The translations under genes were made by a program, and so were the position numbers. The notes under the pieces are model-generated. The model made no database searches and was not told the DNA's origin. It saw only the letters and a list, made by a program, of their open reading frames with translations. From assembly GCA_038321865.1 (NCBI GenBank), contig JBBQFH010000010.1, positions 35,793 to 99,792 of the forward strand: a stretch of 64,000 nucleotides of DNA, in the 5' to 3' direction. The stretch is from Gemmatimonadales bacterium (GTDB lineage: Bacteria; Gemmatimonadota; Gemmatimonadetes; Gemmatimonadales; GWC2-71-9). This document shows, piece by piece, positions 52,289 to 63,999 of the stretch; position 1 is the stretch's first letter, and every line of letters starts with the position of its first letter.

Positions 52289-52891
52289 ATGATGACGAGA
52301 ATGCGCAAGCTAGGTCTGATCGTCGCAGGAGCCGCGCTGGCGAGCGTCGCGGCGATCATGGCGTTCGGGACGCCTTCCGGTGCGCAGCATAAGAGCACCG
52401 TCGCCGATTCGGTTCGCGCGACGGTGCTCGCCGCATCGGACACCAACGCGCTGCTGGGCCCTCGCCAGCCGATCTTTTTCCGCCACGATCTGCACGCCGG
52501 CCAGTACAAGATGGCCTGCCAGTACTGCCACTATTCGGTGGCCGTGTCGTCCGAGCCGGGGATCCCGTCGCTGCAGACCTGCATGGGATGTCACGCGGTC
52601 GTGGGCGGCAGCGACAGTGCCAACCGGGCGGAGATCAGCAAGCTCAAGAAGGCATTCGGCGATGCGCGGACTGTGGAGTGGGTGCGCATCCATTTTCTCG
52701 CGCGCCACGTGCACTTCCCCCATTCCCAGCACATCAAGGCCCTGGGGCCCAACGCCTGCGCCACCTGCCACGGCGACGTCACTCGCATGCCGCAGGTGTT
52801 CAAGGTGAACAACGTGAACAACATGGGCTGGTGCATCAGCTGCCACATCGAGCGGAAAGTCACGCGCGACTGCACGACGTGTCACTACTGA
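52289..52891 (+). CDS. actA: Alternative complex III pentaheme cytochrome c
   Basis: Five CxxCH motifs; N-terminal TM; PRQPIFFRHDLHAG. Confidence 0.92.
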   Translation: MMTRMRKLGLIVAGAALASVAAIMAFGTPSGAQHKSTVADSVRATVLAASDTNALLGPRQPIFFRHDLHAGQYKMACQYCHYSVAVSSEPGIPSLQTCMGCHAVVGGSDSANRAEISKLKKAFGDARTVEWVRIHFLARHVHFPHSQHIKALGPNACATCHGDVTRMPQVFKVNNVNNMGWCISCHIERKVTRDCTTCHY

Positions 52892-52918
52892 CGCCGTCGC
52901 TTCCCTTTCGGAGCTCCG

Positions 52919-55900
52919 ATGTCCGACGACATCAAGACCGTCGATAAGAACCTCGACCGCCGGAAGTTTCTCACCGTCCTCGGCGCCACGAGCGGCGGCG
53001 CGCTGGCGCTGTCCGGCTGCTCGACGAGCCGGGTCGAGAAGCTCATTCCGTACCTCGTACAGTCCGAGGATCAGGTCCCCGGCGTCCCCACGTACTACGC
53101 GGGCACCTGTACCGAGTGCGCGAGCGGCTGCGGCGTGCACATCAAGACGCGGGAAGGGCGGGCGATCAAGCTCGAGGGCAATCCGGAGCACCCCGTCAAT
53201 CGCGGCAAGCTGTGCGCCCGCGGCCACGCATCGCTTCAGGGGCTGTACAACCCCGGACGGGTGAAGGGTCCGATGCTGCGGACTGGCGGCGCGCTCAAGG
53301 CGATTTCCTGGGACGACGCCATCAGCCGCCTCGCCGCGGAGGTGGGCAAGGCCGGCGGCCGGATCGCGGCGATATCCGGCGCGGGGCGGGGCACCTTCTC
53401 CGATCTACTGGCCGACTGGGTGGGCGCCGCCGGCGGGCGTGTGACGCGCTACGAGCCATTCGATCACGAGCCGATGCGGCTGGCCAACCGTCAGGTGTTC
53501 GGCACCGACCAGTTGCCCGCGCATGATTTCGGCAAGGCGAAATACATCGTGTCGTTCGGCGCCGATTTCCTCGACACCTGGCTCTCGCCGATGGAGAATC
53601 AGCGGGGATTCGCCGCCTCCCATGGCTTCAGCGATGGTGCGATGACGAAGCACGTCTACTTCGGCCCCCGCATGAGCATGACCGGGCTGAACGCCGACGA
53701 ATGGCACCCGATCGCGCCCGGCAGCGAGGCGGCCCTGGCGCTTGCGATGGCGAGTGTGCTCCTGGGCATGCGCGGCGGCGCCGATGCCGCCGGCCTGCGC
53801 GGCGTGCTGGCGGCGCATACGCCCGAGACCGCCGCGCGCGAGACCGGCCTGTCGGCGGCGACGATTGAACGGCTGGCACGCGAGTTCGCCGCGGCCCAGC
53901 CGAGTCTCGCCGTCGCCGGCGGGATCGCCAGCCAGCACCGGAATGCGGTGGACGTCTGCGCGGCGGTCAACATCCTCAACTACGTCGCGGGCAACGTGGG
54001 CCAGACGGTGCTGTTCGGTGCCGATCTGCCGGCCGGAGACGGCTATCAGGGGCTGGGCGAGCTGATGGCGGCGATGGACGCCGGACAGGTCGGCATGCTG
54101 CTGGTGCATGACGCCAACCCGGTGTACTCGATTCCGAGGGCCGCCGGCTTCGCCGCACGCATGAAGAAGGTGCTCTTCAAGGTGTCGACTTCGCTGGTCT
54201 TCGACGAGACCGCGGCGCTCTGCGACCTGCTCATTCCCAACCTGCATGCGTTCGAGCGCTGGGATGACGCCCGGCCGTCAGCCGGTGTGTACGGTCTGAT
54301 GCAGCCGGTCATGGAGCCGGTGTTCCCCACCATGGGCGTGCAGCCGAAGGTGTCCCGCATGGGGATGCCCGGCACCTGGAGCGATGCGCCCGGTGCGACC
54401 GTCGGCGTCTCCACCGGGGACGTCCTCCTGCGCACCGCGCAGAAGGTCGGCGGCGCCTTCGCGAAGTTCGCCGCGCCGACCTTCGAGGCGCACCTCAAGA
54501 CCGCCTGGCAGGCGATCGCCGCGGCCGCGGGCGGCGCCACCGACTTCGACACCTTCTGGCGGGAAGCGCTCGCGCGCGGCGGAGTCTACGGTGAGCGGGC
54601 CGCAGCGGCGTCGCCTGCGCTCGCCCTCAACCTCGGTGGCTCGCCCTACGCGAAGCCCGCGCTTGACGGCGATGGCGAATTCGTCTTCATGCCGTATCCG
54701 CACTCGTTCCTGTACGACGGACGCGGCGCCAATCGGCCGTGGCTGCTGGAAAACCCCGACCCCGTCACCAAGATCACCTGGCACTCCTGGGTGGAGCTCA
54801 GTCCGGCCACCGCGGCGCGGCTGGACGTCCGCCGGGGGGAAATGATCCGCCTGGTGTCTCCGCATGGCTCGGTCGACGCCCCGGTCTGGATCTACGAGGG
54901 GCTGCGCGACGACGTGCTCGCGATGCCGACCGGCTTCGGACACACCGACTTCGGCGAATATGCCACCGGCCGGGGCGTCAACGCGCTCGACCTGCTCGGC
55001 GCACCGGGAAACTTGCCTTTCGTGCCCTATCTCTCGACTCGTGTCCGGGTCGAGAAGCTGAATACCTGGATGGACGTCGCCACGACCGAGGGCAATCCGC
55101 GACAGCTTGGCCGCGGCATCGCCGAAGCCATGCCGCTCGCCGCGGCGGTGAAGGGCCTCACCGTCAAGCAGGCCTACCTGGAGGCGGCCGGGCACGCGGA
55201 GGAAGCAGGCGAGCACACCGGGACCGAGCTGGCGGCGCTCAAGGGGTGGCGCGCCGAGCAGGTCGAGATGCGGAAGCTCGGCGATTACGCCGTGGCCCAG
55301 CCCAGCTGGGGTATGGCGATCGACCTGGCGAAGTGCACCGGCTGCTCGGCCTGCGTCACCGCCTGCTACGCCGAGAACAACATTCCGACGGTGGGCTACG
55401 CCGACGTCCTGCGCGGCCGCGAGATGAGCTGGATGCGGATCGAGCGCTACTGGGAAGGAGGCGGCGACACCAGCCAGCCGCTCCAGGCGCGCTTCGTCCC
55501 GATGCTCTGCCAGCACTGCGAGAACGCCCCCTGCGAGCCGGTCTGCCCGGTCTACGCGGCGTACCATACCGCCGACGGCCTCAACGGCCAGGTCTACAAC
55601 CGTTGCGTCGGCACCCGATACTGCGGCAACAACTGCCCCTACAAGGTGCGCTACTTCAACTGGTACAAGTACAACGAGCGGGCCTTCCCGGAGCCGCTCA
55701 ATCTGCAGCTCAATCCGGACGTCACGGTGCGGGCGCGCGGCGTGATGGAGAAGTGCACCATGTGTGTCCAGCGCATCCGCCGGGCCCAGCACGAGGCGCG
55801 GCTGGAAGACCGGCCGCTCCGCGACGGCGAGTTCACCACGGCGTGCGCCCAGAGCTGTCCGTCCGAGGCGATCGTCTTCGGCGACATGCGGCAGGCGGAC

Positions 55901-56014
55901 AGCCGGGTGGCGAAGATCCGCCAGGACCCGCGCGGGTACCACATCCTCGAAGACATCAACACGCGCCCGGCGATCACGTATCTCGCCAAGGTGCTGCACG
56001 GGGCGGAGGCGTAA
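52919..56014 (+). CDS. actB: Alternative complex III molybdopterin-oxidoreductase-like / Fe-S subunit
   Basis: Tat signal DRRKFL plus LSGC; IKLEGNPEHP; C-terminal CTGCSACVTAC, CQHCENAPCEPVCP, CVGTRYCGNNCP. Confidence 0.94.
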   Translation: MSDDIKTVDKNLDRRKFLTVLGATSGGALALSGCSTSRVEKLIPYLVQSEDQVPGVPTYYAGTCTECASGCGVHIKTREGRAIKLEGNPEHPVNRGKLCARGHASLQGLYNPGRVKGPMLRTGGALKAISWDDAISRLAAEVGKAGGRIAAISGAGRGTFSDLLADWVGAAGGRVTRYEPFDHEPMRLANRQVFGTDQLPAHDFGKAKYIVSFGADFLDTWLSPMENQRGFAASHGFSDGAMTKHVYFGPRMSMTGLNADEWHPIAPGSEAALALAMASVLLGMRGGADAAGLRGVLAAHTPETAARETGLSAATIERLAREFAAAQPSLAVAGGIASQHRNAVDVCAAVNILNYVAGNVGQTVLFGADLPAGDGYQGLGELMAAMDAGQVGMLLVHDANPVYSIPRAAGFAARMKKVLFKVSTSLVFDETAALCDLLIPNLHAFERWDDARPSAGVYGLMQPVMEPVFPTMGVQPKVSRMGMPGTWSDAPGATVGVSTGDVLLRTAQKVGGAFAKFAAPTFEAHLKTAWQAIAAAAGGATDFDTFWREALARGGVYGERAAAASPALALNLGGSPYAKPALDGDGEFVFMPYPHSFLYDGRGANRPWLLENPDPVTKITWHSWVELSPATAARLDVRRGEMIRLVSPHGSVDAPVWIYEGLRDDVLAMPTGFGHTDFGEYATGRGVNALDLLGAPGNLPFVPYLSTRVRVEKLNTWMDVATTEGNPRQLGRGIAEAMPLAAAVKGLTVKQAYLEAAGHAEEAGEHTGTELAALKGWRAEQVEMRKLGDYAVAQPSWGMAIDLAKCTGCSACVTACYAENNIPTVGYADVLRGREMSWMRIERYWEGGGDTSQPLQARFVPMLCQHCENAPCEPVCPVYAAYHTADGLNGQVYNRCVGTRYCGNNCPYKVRYFNWYKYNERAFPEPLNLQLNPDVTVRARGVMEKCTMCVQRIRRAQHEARLEDRPLRDGEFTTACAQSCPSEAIVFGDMRQADSRVAKIRQDPRGYHILEDINTRPAITYLAKVLHGAEA

Positions 56015-56017
56015 GGC

Positions 56018-57369
<1,352 letters not shown>

Positions 57370-57370
<1 letters not shown>

Positions 57371-57900
57371 TGAAACTTCCGCTTCCCAGGCGGCCCGTCG
57401 TGCCCGGCGTGCTGGCGTCGTTCGACCACATCGACGCGGCCACGGATGCCATCCGCACGCTGCGGAGCGGCGGCCACCGGGACCTCACGGTCTACACGGC
57501 CTCGCCCAATCACGAGGTGGAGGAGGCGCTCGGCCACACCAGCAGCCCGGTGCGGCTCTTCACCCTCATCGGCGGGCTGACCGGCTGCACCGCCGGATTT
57601 GCCATGACGATCTGGATGTCGCGGGACTGGCCCGTCCTGGTCGGCGGCAAGCCGATCGTCTCGATTCCGCCCTATGTCGTGATCGCATTCGAGCTGACGA
57701 TTCTCATCGGGGCCCTCAGCACCCTGTTGGGTGTCGCCCTCCTGTCGCTGCTCAAGGCCGGCCGGAAGATCGCGTACGACCCGCGCTACACCGACGACCG
57801 GATCGGCGTGTTCGTCGCCGCGCGCCCGGCCCAGGCCGCGGCCATCGAGCGGCTGTTCCGCGAAGCCGGCGCCGTGGAGGTCACGCATGCGGCTGCGTAG
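57370..57900 (+). CDS. actD: Alternative complex III subunit D (DUF3341)
   Basis: WPVLVGGKP, FELTIL, DPRYTDDR; position in the operon. Confidence 0.9.
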
Positions 57901-58567
57901 CATCCGGCTCGCGCTCATCGGCGTCGTCGGGCTCGGCTCAGGCGCGTGCGAGACCTACTACAACCGCGTGCCCTCGCCGGACGACCTGATGCACGTCATT
58001 CCGTGGTTCGACCACATGATTCGGCAGAAGTCGATCCATCCGTACCAGCGCGCCGACGTGCCGCGGTACACGCCCGCCGGGGCCGTTCCGGTCACCGGCG
58101 GCGAGGGAGACTGGAGCGCCGAGTTTGCCAGCGGCAAGACGACGGCGGCGGACAAGCTCGTCAATCCCTTCGCCGGCGGAGCCGTGGCCGGGCCGGACAG
58201 CGGGCGCATGCGGCCCGGCCCGGCGCTGCCGAATATTCCGGCCACCGTCGAGGCCCGCGGGGACACCCTCTTCCACACCTACTGCTCGGTGTGCCACGGG
58301 AGCGGAGGTGCCGGCGACGGCATCGTGCGGTATATGAACGCGCCGTCGCTGCTCACCGCCAAGGCGCGCGGCTATAGCGACGGCTACCTGTTCAGCATCA
58401 TCCGCTACGGCCGTGGCGTGATGCCCCGATACGGCGACAAGGTGGTGCGCCCCGATGATCGCTGGGCCGTCGTGAACTACGTGCGGAAGCTCCAGGGCGA
58501 CTCGCCGACACCCCCCGATTCGGTCGTGAGTCCTGGAACAGCCCGGCCGGGGGGCGCAACGCGATGA
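57887..58567 (+). CDS. actE: Alternative complex III monoheme cytochrome c lipoprotein
   Basis: Lipobox SGAC; CSVCH; GRGVMP; DRWAVVNYVRKLQ. Confidence 0.9.
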   Translation: MRLRSIRLALIGVVGLGSGACETYYNRVPSPDDLMHVIPWFDHMIRQKSIHPYQRADVPRYTPAGAVPVTGGEGDWSAEFASGKTTAADKLVNPFAGGAVAGPDSGRMRPGPALPNIPATVEARGDTLFHTYCSVCHGSGGAGDGIVRYMNAPSLLTAKARGYSDGYLFSIIRYGRGVMPRYGDKVVRPDDRWAVVNYVRKLQGDSPTPPDSVVSPGTARPGGATR

Positions 58568-59928
58568 GTGACCGCGACCTCCGCGCCCGGCTGATCGCCC
58601 GCTCCGTCAGCGGCCGCTACGACCTGTTTCTTGGGGTAGGTGCCGGTCTCGCCCTGCTGGGCGCGATCCTCCTGCTGTTCCGGCTTTCGCCGGGCGATCA
58701 CGAGCGCGCCTGGCAGATGGTGCAGGTCAACTGGCTGTTCTTCACCGGGCTGTCGCTCGGAAGCGTGGCCTTCGCGGCGGCGCAGAAGATCACCAACGCG
58801 AAGTGGTCCGGGATGCTGATCCGCTTCGCCGAGGCGTCCGTCGCGTTCCTCCCTGTGTCGATTCTTGCCGCGGTCTGCATCTTCACCGCCGGCTACGACG
58901 CGATCTACGGCCGCATGGCCGAGCAGCTGCCGGCGCTTTCCGCCGGCAAGGCCGCGTGGCTCTCCCATCCGATGATGTTCGCCCGGGTGTTCGTCTCGCT
59001 GGTCCTGATGGCATGGGTCGGGTGGAAGCTGGTGCGGGCCGACATGCTGCCGGACATGTTCGAGGCCCGCAGCGCCGTCAGCGGCGGGCGCCGCTCGGTC
59101 TACGAGCGCTGGACACGAGGCCTCGACGACGGCCCGCTGTCGGCCGCGGCGCACGACGTGCGCATCCATCGGCTCGCACCGGCGTACGTGGTGCTGTTCG
59201 TCCTCGGCGCGACGATCCTCGCCTTCGACGGCATCATGGCGCTGCAGCCGCACTGGTTCTCGAACCTGCTGGGCGGCTTCTATTTCATGGGCTCGTTCCT
59301 GGGCGCCCACATGCTGCTCGCGCTGATGATGATCTTCGGCGCGCGGCACCTCGGCGTCGCCGATCTCGTGTCGCCCAAGCAACGCCATGATCTGGGCAAG
59401 CTGTGCTTCGGCTTCACCGTGTTCTGGACCTACCTCATGTGGGCCCAGTTCCTGGTGATCTGGTATGGCAATCTGCCCGAGGAAACGGGGTTCGTGTTCG
59501 CCCGGCTCTGGGGCAACTGGTTCCCGGTGGGCAGGGCGGTGTTCCTCGGGATGTTCGTGGTGCCGTTCGTGGGCCTGCTGGGGGTGGCGCCGAAGAAGAC
59601 GCGGGTCACGCTGGGGTTTTTCGCCGCCGTCAGCCTCTCGGCGCTGTGGCTCGAGCGGTACCTGCTGGTCCTGCCATCGGTGACGACCGCGTCCGGCCCC
59701 ATCTTCGGCGTGCCGGAACTCGCTCCGACGCTGTTGTTCGCGGGATTGTTCCTCCTGTGTTATGCGCTCTTCGCGCGGCGCTTCCCGATGCTCTCACCGC
59801 GGCTCGCGATGATCACGATTGGCCGCGAGCTGGCGCATCATCACGCCGCGGATATCTACGATCACGAGGAAGCGCCCAAGGACTGGATTCAGGAGTCTGC
59901 CGTCGAACGCCGGGAGCACGGCCGCTAG
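58564..59928 (+). CDS. actF: Alternative complex III subunit F
   Basis: HDLGKLCFGFTVFWTYLMWAQFLVIWYGNLPEET. Confidence 0.92.
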   Translation: MSDRDLRARLIARSVSGRYDLFLGVGAGLALLGAILLLFRLSPGDHERAWQMVQVNWLFFTGLSLGSVAFAAAQKITNAKWSGMLIRFAEASVAFLPVSILAAVCIFTAGYDAIYGRMAEQLPALSAGKAAWLSHPMMFARVFVSLVLMAWVGWKLVRADMLPDMFEARSAVSGGRRSVYERWTRGLDDGPLSAAAHDVRIHRLAPAYVVLFVLGATILAFDGIMALQPHWFSNLLGGFYFMGSFLGAHMLLALMMIFGARHLGVADLVSPKQRHDLGKLCFGFTVFWTYLMWAQFLVIWYGNLPEETGFVFARLWGNWFPVGRAVFLGMFVVPFVGLLGVAPKKTRVTLGFFAAVSLSALWLERYLLVLPSVTTASGPIFGVPELAPTLLFAGLFLLCYALFARRFPMLSPRLAMITIGRELAHHHAADIYDHEEAPKDWIQESAVERREHGR

Positions 59929-59941
59929 CGGGCCGAGGCCG

Positions 59942-60916
59942 CTACTTCCCGCGCATCTCCGCATTCAGCCGACGCATCATGGCCCGCAGCGAGTCGTTGG
60001 GCAGCGGCGCCGTGATCGCGAGCATCCGGTCACCATGGCGCATGGCCATCGTGCCGTCTCCGCCGGCGATGCCCGGGCTGTCGAGCGTGGGCCAGGGGGA
60101 CGGATTGGACGCGCCGGGCCGGCTCGAGAGCAGCTGTGATACATCGGCTGCCGGGCCTTCGATGGTCCGGATCACGTCACCCGACGCCAGCTGCTGCGCC
60201 ACGACCATGATGGACTTGTTGCCCCCGACCTTGGCCTGCCCGACCTGCACCTCGACCACCGGCAGGCCATCGATGTGAGGCACCGAATCTCCACGCTCAT
60301 CCCGGGCTCCCGCCCACGAAAGGGTGCGCCAGATCCCGCCGAGGCTGGTCTCGAATTCTCCAGTCGGAAGCGTACCGGTCGACAGCTCCACGCGCGGCGC
60401 GGCAATGGTCGTCGGGCGTAGCGCAGCGGACTCAGTGCTCACGGCCATCGCACCTGCCGGACCACGGTCCGCAGCCGGCCGTCCCGCGTTTCGAGCGGCC
60501 GGCAGCATCGCGATCCGTGCGGCGGTGTCAGCGTGCCGTGCGGCGGGCGAGGGCGCAGTGACGGGTAGCCGGGATGCCACGGCGGAAGGCCGTGACACGT
60601 ACGTGTTGGCCCACCAGCCAAGCCCGAGTGCCACGACGAGGCTGGCGGCCCACGCCGCGGCACGGCGCCGCCGGTGCAGCCGGGCCGAACGGGCCGCGGC
60701 ACGCTCGCGCAGAAGGTCCACCGCCGGCATGAAGCCGCGCGGCGGGGCAAGCGCCGCCAGCAGCGCCGTCGTCCGATCCCGGAGCGCGGCAATACCGTCA
60801 CGGGTCAACCGGCAGCCTTCGCAGCCGGCGAGGTGGCTCTCGATTTCGACGCACTGCGTGCGACTGAGCGCCTGATCCAGGTAGGAATGCAGCTCGTCTT
60901 CAGGAATATGCCGCAT
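59942..60916 (-). CDS. ZAS-type transmembrane anti-sigma factor
   Basis: MRHIPEDEL..HLAGCEGC (HxxxCxxC); WAASLVVALGLGW TM helix. Confidence 0.88.
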   Translation of the reverse strand: MRHIPEDELHSYLDQALSRTQCVEIESHLAGCEGCRLTRDGIAALRDRTTALLAALAPPRGFMPAVDLLRERAAARSARLHRRRRAAAWAASLVVALGLGWWANTYVSRPSAVASRLPVTAPSPAARHADTAARIAMLPAARNAGRPAADRGPAGAMAVSTESAALRPTTIAAPRVELSTGTLPTGEFETSLGGIWRTLSWAGARDERGDSVPHIDGLPVVEVQVGQAKVGGNKSIMVVAQQLASGDVIRTIEGPAADVSQLLSSRPGASNPSPWPTLDSPGIAGGDGTMAMRHGDRMLAITAPLPNDSLRAMMRRLNAEMRGK

Positions 60917-61409
60917 GATCTCGCGAGTGTTGACGGTCGTAAGCCTCCACGAGGCGCTTTCGGGCGCGCGCCAGGGTCGTGCCGACGGCTCCAACTGCCA
61001 GCCCGGTCTGCTGGGCGATCTCCGGGTAACTGAGCCCCGCATCCCACAGGAGCAGTACTTCACGATCGCGTTCGGTGAGCGTGTCCAGCGCGTCGTGCAC
61101 CGCCGTCAGCCGCTCGTCGCGTTCCACCTGATCGTCCGCGGCCATCGTGGGCGAGGGGCCCTGGTCGGGATCGTTGGTCATCAGCACCAGGTGTCGCTTG
61201 CGTCGGATCGCCGCGCGCGCCTCGTCGCGGGCCAGGTTGGCCGCCACGGCGAATACCCAGGCGCGAGGCTTCTCGGGCCGATGGGCGAGTGCCCGGACGA
61301 ACACCTCCTGGGCCAGGTCCTCGGCGCGGTCGGCATCCCAGACCTTGCGGTAGAGAAACCGGACTACGGCCGCATATGTCGTCTGATATAGCTGCTCGAG
61401 GTCGTCCAC
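60900..61409 (-). CDS. ECF sigma factor
   Basis: AEDLAQEVF, WVFAVAANLARD, LSYPEIA..GAVGTTLARAR. Confidence 0.94.
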   Translation of the reverse strand: MDDLEQLYQTTYAAVVRFLYRKVWDADRAEDLAQEVFVRALAHRPEKPRAWVFAVAANLARDEARAAIRRKRHLVLMTNDPDQGPSPTMAADDQVERDERLTAVHDALDTLTERDREVLLLWDAGLSYPEIAQQTGLAVGAVGTTLARARKRLVEAYDRQHSRDHAAYS

Positions 61410-61490
61410 GGGCGCTCCGGGCTGACGGCGGGAGGCGTGCCTTCCGCTAAGAGACGCGCAGACTGGCCGTTACGTGCACAGGGGAATCCG

Positions 61491-62264
61491 TCAGCGGGCG
61501 GCCCGGCGCTTCGGGCGGGCGAAGACACAGCCCGGATGCAGCACCTTGTGCGTCCCGGGCCACTCGCTGCACAGATCGGGCTTGGCCGGGCGCCCGTCGG
61601 CGCGCGCGCGCCCATGAAGGGTACAGTTGACGCTGCCGGCCTCCAAGTAGGCGCAGGCCGAGATCAGCTCGGCCTCGATCGAAAAGTCGCCTTCGCGCGT
61701 GACCTTGCAGAGATACGGCGAGCGCCGCGAGCGCACCAGGGCCTCCAGGCGCTCCTGCTTGGGGGTGCACATGATCTCGACCTGCAGATCACGGCAGCAG
61801 GCCGCCCCACGCCGGTTGTCCGCCGTCCGGCACGCCGCCGTCGCGCACGGGTTGCCTGAATCAGCGGCGGGGAGAACGGGCAACTCGCGGGGAGCGGGTG
61901 GCGGCGCGGGAATGAACCGGGTCGTCAACCGGCGACGATCGACCACGTTGAACCGGTCGGAGCCGAGCTGCCGCGGCTGGACGGCGCGTCGCGGGCGCGG
62001 CACCGGGCCCCGGAATCCCCAGGCGCCGCAGCGGGCACTGCCGCCCGCCTGCTCCAGATACCGGCAGGGCACATGGAGCACCGCCTGCACGTAGAGCTCC
62101 CCCTCGTCCTCCCACAGCTCGTTGAACGTGATGTGCTGGGTGTGGCCGAGCAGCCAGGTCGACTCGTGATCGAGCGAGGCGTTGCCCTCCTCCAGCGAGC
62201 CGATGCGCAACGTGACGGGCAGCGACGTACATTGCCGGCCGATGGCCGTGCACGGGGGTGGCAT
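61491..62264 (-). CDS. Cys-rich protein, YkgJ/CxxCxxCC-like
   Basis: C-x4-C...GAACC, CAYL...CTLHG...KPDLCSEWP; a second, degenerate Cys module at the N-terminus. Confidence 0.7.
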   Translation of the reverse strand: MPPPCTAIGRQCTSLPVTLRIGSLEEGNASLDHESTWLLGHTQHITFNELWEDEGELYVQAVLHVPCRYLEQAGGSARCGAWGFRGPVPRPRRAVQPRQLGSDRFNVVDRRRLTTRFIPAPPPAPRELPVLPAADSGNPCATAACRTADNRRGAACCRDLQVEIMCTPKQERLEALVRSRRSPYLCKVTREGDFSIEAELISACAYLEAGSVNCTLHGRARADGRPAKPDLCSEWPGTHKVLHPGCVFARPKRRAAR

Positions 62265-62305
62265 GCTCACCCGAGAGTTCCCATTTTCACCACGGCAATA
62301 TATAC

Positions 62306-62323
62306 TTGTGAACTTGTTCACAA
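62306..62323. promoter_or_regulatory. Rex-type operator (perfect consensus)
   Basis: TTGTGAA-CTTG-TTCACAA abutting the TATACT/TATATT -10 boxes of the divergent genes. Confidence 0.78.
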
Positions 62324-62393
62324 GGTGCCGGATCGGCACCGGGTGGGACGAGCTCGGACGGACAACATTCATGTATGGGGAGGCAGAACAGCG

Positions 62394-62861
62394 ATGCGCG
62401 TTACTTCGGTGGTGGCGGGGCTTGCCCTCGTCCTCGCGGCCTGTGGCGGCGAGAAGAAGGCAGACAATGCGGCAGTGACCGACTCAGCGGCTGCGGCTCC
62501 GGCGATGTCAGCGCCGACCGCGACCGGTGCCACGCACGATGTCGACATGGTGATGGACGGAACGCAGCCGAAGTTCGTGCCGGCGACCCTCACGGTGAAG
62601 AGCGGCGACGTGATCCGCTTTCACAACAAGAGCGGTGGCCCGCACAGCGTGAATTTCTGGGCTGACAGCATCCCGGCGAACGCCAAGTCGGCGATCGCGG
62701 TCACCCCGGTCGGCAGCGGTGAGTCGCTCGACAGCGAGACCATCATGGAGCAGGACGCCATCGTGACGGTGACGCTGAACAATGCGCCGGTCGGCAGCTA
62801 CAAGTTCTACTGCATGCCGCACCTCGCGCTGGGCATGAAGGGCGAGATCACGGTCCAGTAA
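62394..62861 (+). CDS. Lipoprotein cupredoxin (plastocyanin/halocyanin/auracyanin-like)
   Basis: Lipobox LAAC; Ala-rich tether; GGPHSV and YKFYCMPHLALGM type-1 Cu ligands. Confidence 0.93.
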   Translation: MRVTSVVAGLALVLAACGGEKKADNAAVTDSAAAAPAMSAPTATGATHDVDMVMDGTQPKFVPATLTVKSGDVIRFHNKSGGPHSVNFWADSIPANAKSAIAVTPVGSGESLDSETIMEQDAIVTVTLNNAPVGSYKFYCMPHLALGMKGEITVQ

Positions 62862-62883
62862 GCGCCGTCGGTCCCCTTGCCCG

Positions 62884-62915
62884 AACGGCCCGCCGGACAA
62901 TCGGCGGGCCGTTTC
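62884..62915 (+). terminator. Intrinsic terminator
   Basis: AACGGCCCGCCG-N6-CGGCGGGCCGTT. Confidence 0.75.
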
Positions 62916-62926
62916 GTGTCCGCGTC

Positions 62927-63817
62927 CTACGCCTCCGTGCGAAGACGGGCCGCCGCCGCCGCCGCGAGCACCCCCACCAGCACACCGCCGATCGCGTCCA
63001 CCGCGTAGTGCATCTGGCAGTAGACGACCGAGACCGTCAGCAGGATGGTCGGCACCAGCAGCAGCAATCCCAGCCGGCGCGACCCGTGCCAGCCGGCGAT
63101 CGTTGCCGCCAGGGCCGCCGCCACGTGCGAGGAAGGGAACGCTGCCCCGTAGGAACTTCCCCGCGCCAGGGCGGCGTACACCATTCGGGCCATCGCATTG
63201 TCGACGAACGGGCCTGTGGGATGCGGATAGGTGTAGTAGGGACCCGCCACCGGATAGAACAGGAAGAACAGGTAGCAGCTCACGAACGCGATCATGACGC
63301 TGAGGATGAAGCGGCGCACCGCGGTGAGATCGCGGTGCAGCATGAGCCACACGGCCGGCACGGAAAGGATGAAGTAGTAGGAGAGATACGCGCCGTGCAT
63401 CAGGGTGGACCAGAAGCGGCTCGGCGCTCGCTGCCACCACTCGCGGCTTGGCTCGAACCCGAACAGCCAGAGCTCCCAGCGCTGCACGGCCGCGTCGTGG
63501 ACCGCCAGCGAACCCGACGCGTTCAGCACGTCGAGCTCGCTGTACAGCGCCAGGAGCAGGATGAGCGGGTAGATCTCGCGGGTGACCCGCCCGACCGGAC
63601 CCAGTCCGGGCCGGGTGACGAGCGCGATGAGGACGACTGCAAGCGCGTGGGAGAGGACCAGCCACCAGCACAGCGGATGGTCCGGTGCGCGCACCACCGC
63701 GAGCAGCGTCACGATCGCAAGGTAGGCGAGCAGCAGTCGTTCGACCGGACGCAGGCGTGCGGGAGTGGGCACGGCGATGGCGGCAAGCGCGGGACTGGCC
63801 ATGGTCGTCAGAGCCAT
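62927..63817 (-). CDS. PAP2 superfamily membrane phosphatase/phosphotransferase
   Basis: YPVAGP, AFPSSH, HYAVD motifs; multiple TM helices. Confidence 0.9.
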   Translation of the reverse strand: MALTTMASPALAAIAVPTPARLRPVERLLLAYLAIVTLLAVVRAPDHPLCWWLVLSHALAVVLIALVTRPGLGPVGRVTREIYPLILLLALYSELDVLNASGSLAVHDAAVQRWELWLFGFEPSREWWQRAPSRFWSTLMHGAYLSYYFILSVPAVWLMLHRDLTAVRRFILSVMIAFVSCYLFFLFYPVAGPYYTYPHPTGPFVDNAMARMVYAALARGSSYGAAFPSSHVAAALAATIAGWHGSRRLGLLLLVPTILLTVSVVYCQMHYAVDAIGGVLVGVLAAAAAARLRTEA

Positions 63818-63999
63818 CCAGCTCGTCGGTACCACGCGTACGTCTCGGCCAGGCCGGCGCGGAGATCATGCGTGGCCGTCCAGCCGGTTGCCTGTGTCAG
63901 CGGGCGGGGATCACCGGTCCAGGCGTCCTGAAAGAACTCGTTCGCCTTATCAGCATTGAGGATGGTCGAGCGGCCGAGCAGCGAGGCCGCGCCGCCGGT
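63808..63999 (-). CDS. C-terminus of a probable NAD-dependent epimerase/dehydratase (truncated by window)
   Basis: Hand translation ...ILNADKANEFFQDAWTGDP...GLAETYAWYRRAGWL*. Confidence 0.7.
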   Translation of the reverse strand, partial: TGGAASLLGRSTILNADKANEFFQDAWTGDPRPLTQATGWTATHDLRAGLAETYAWYRRAGWL

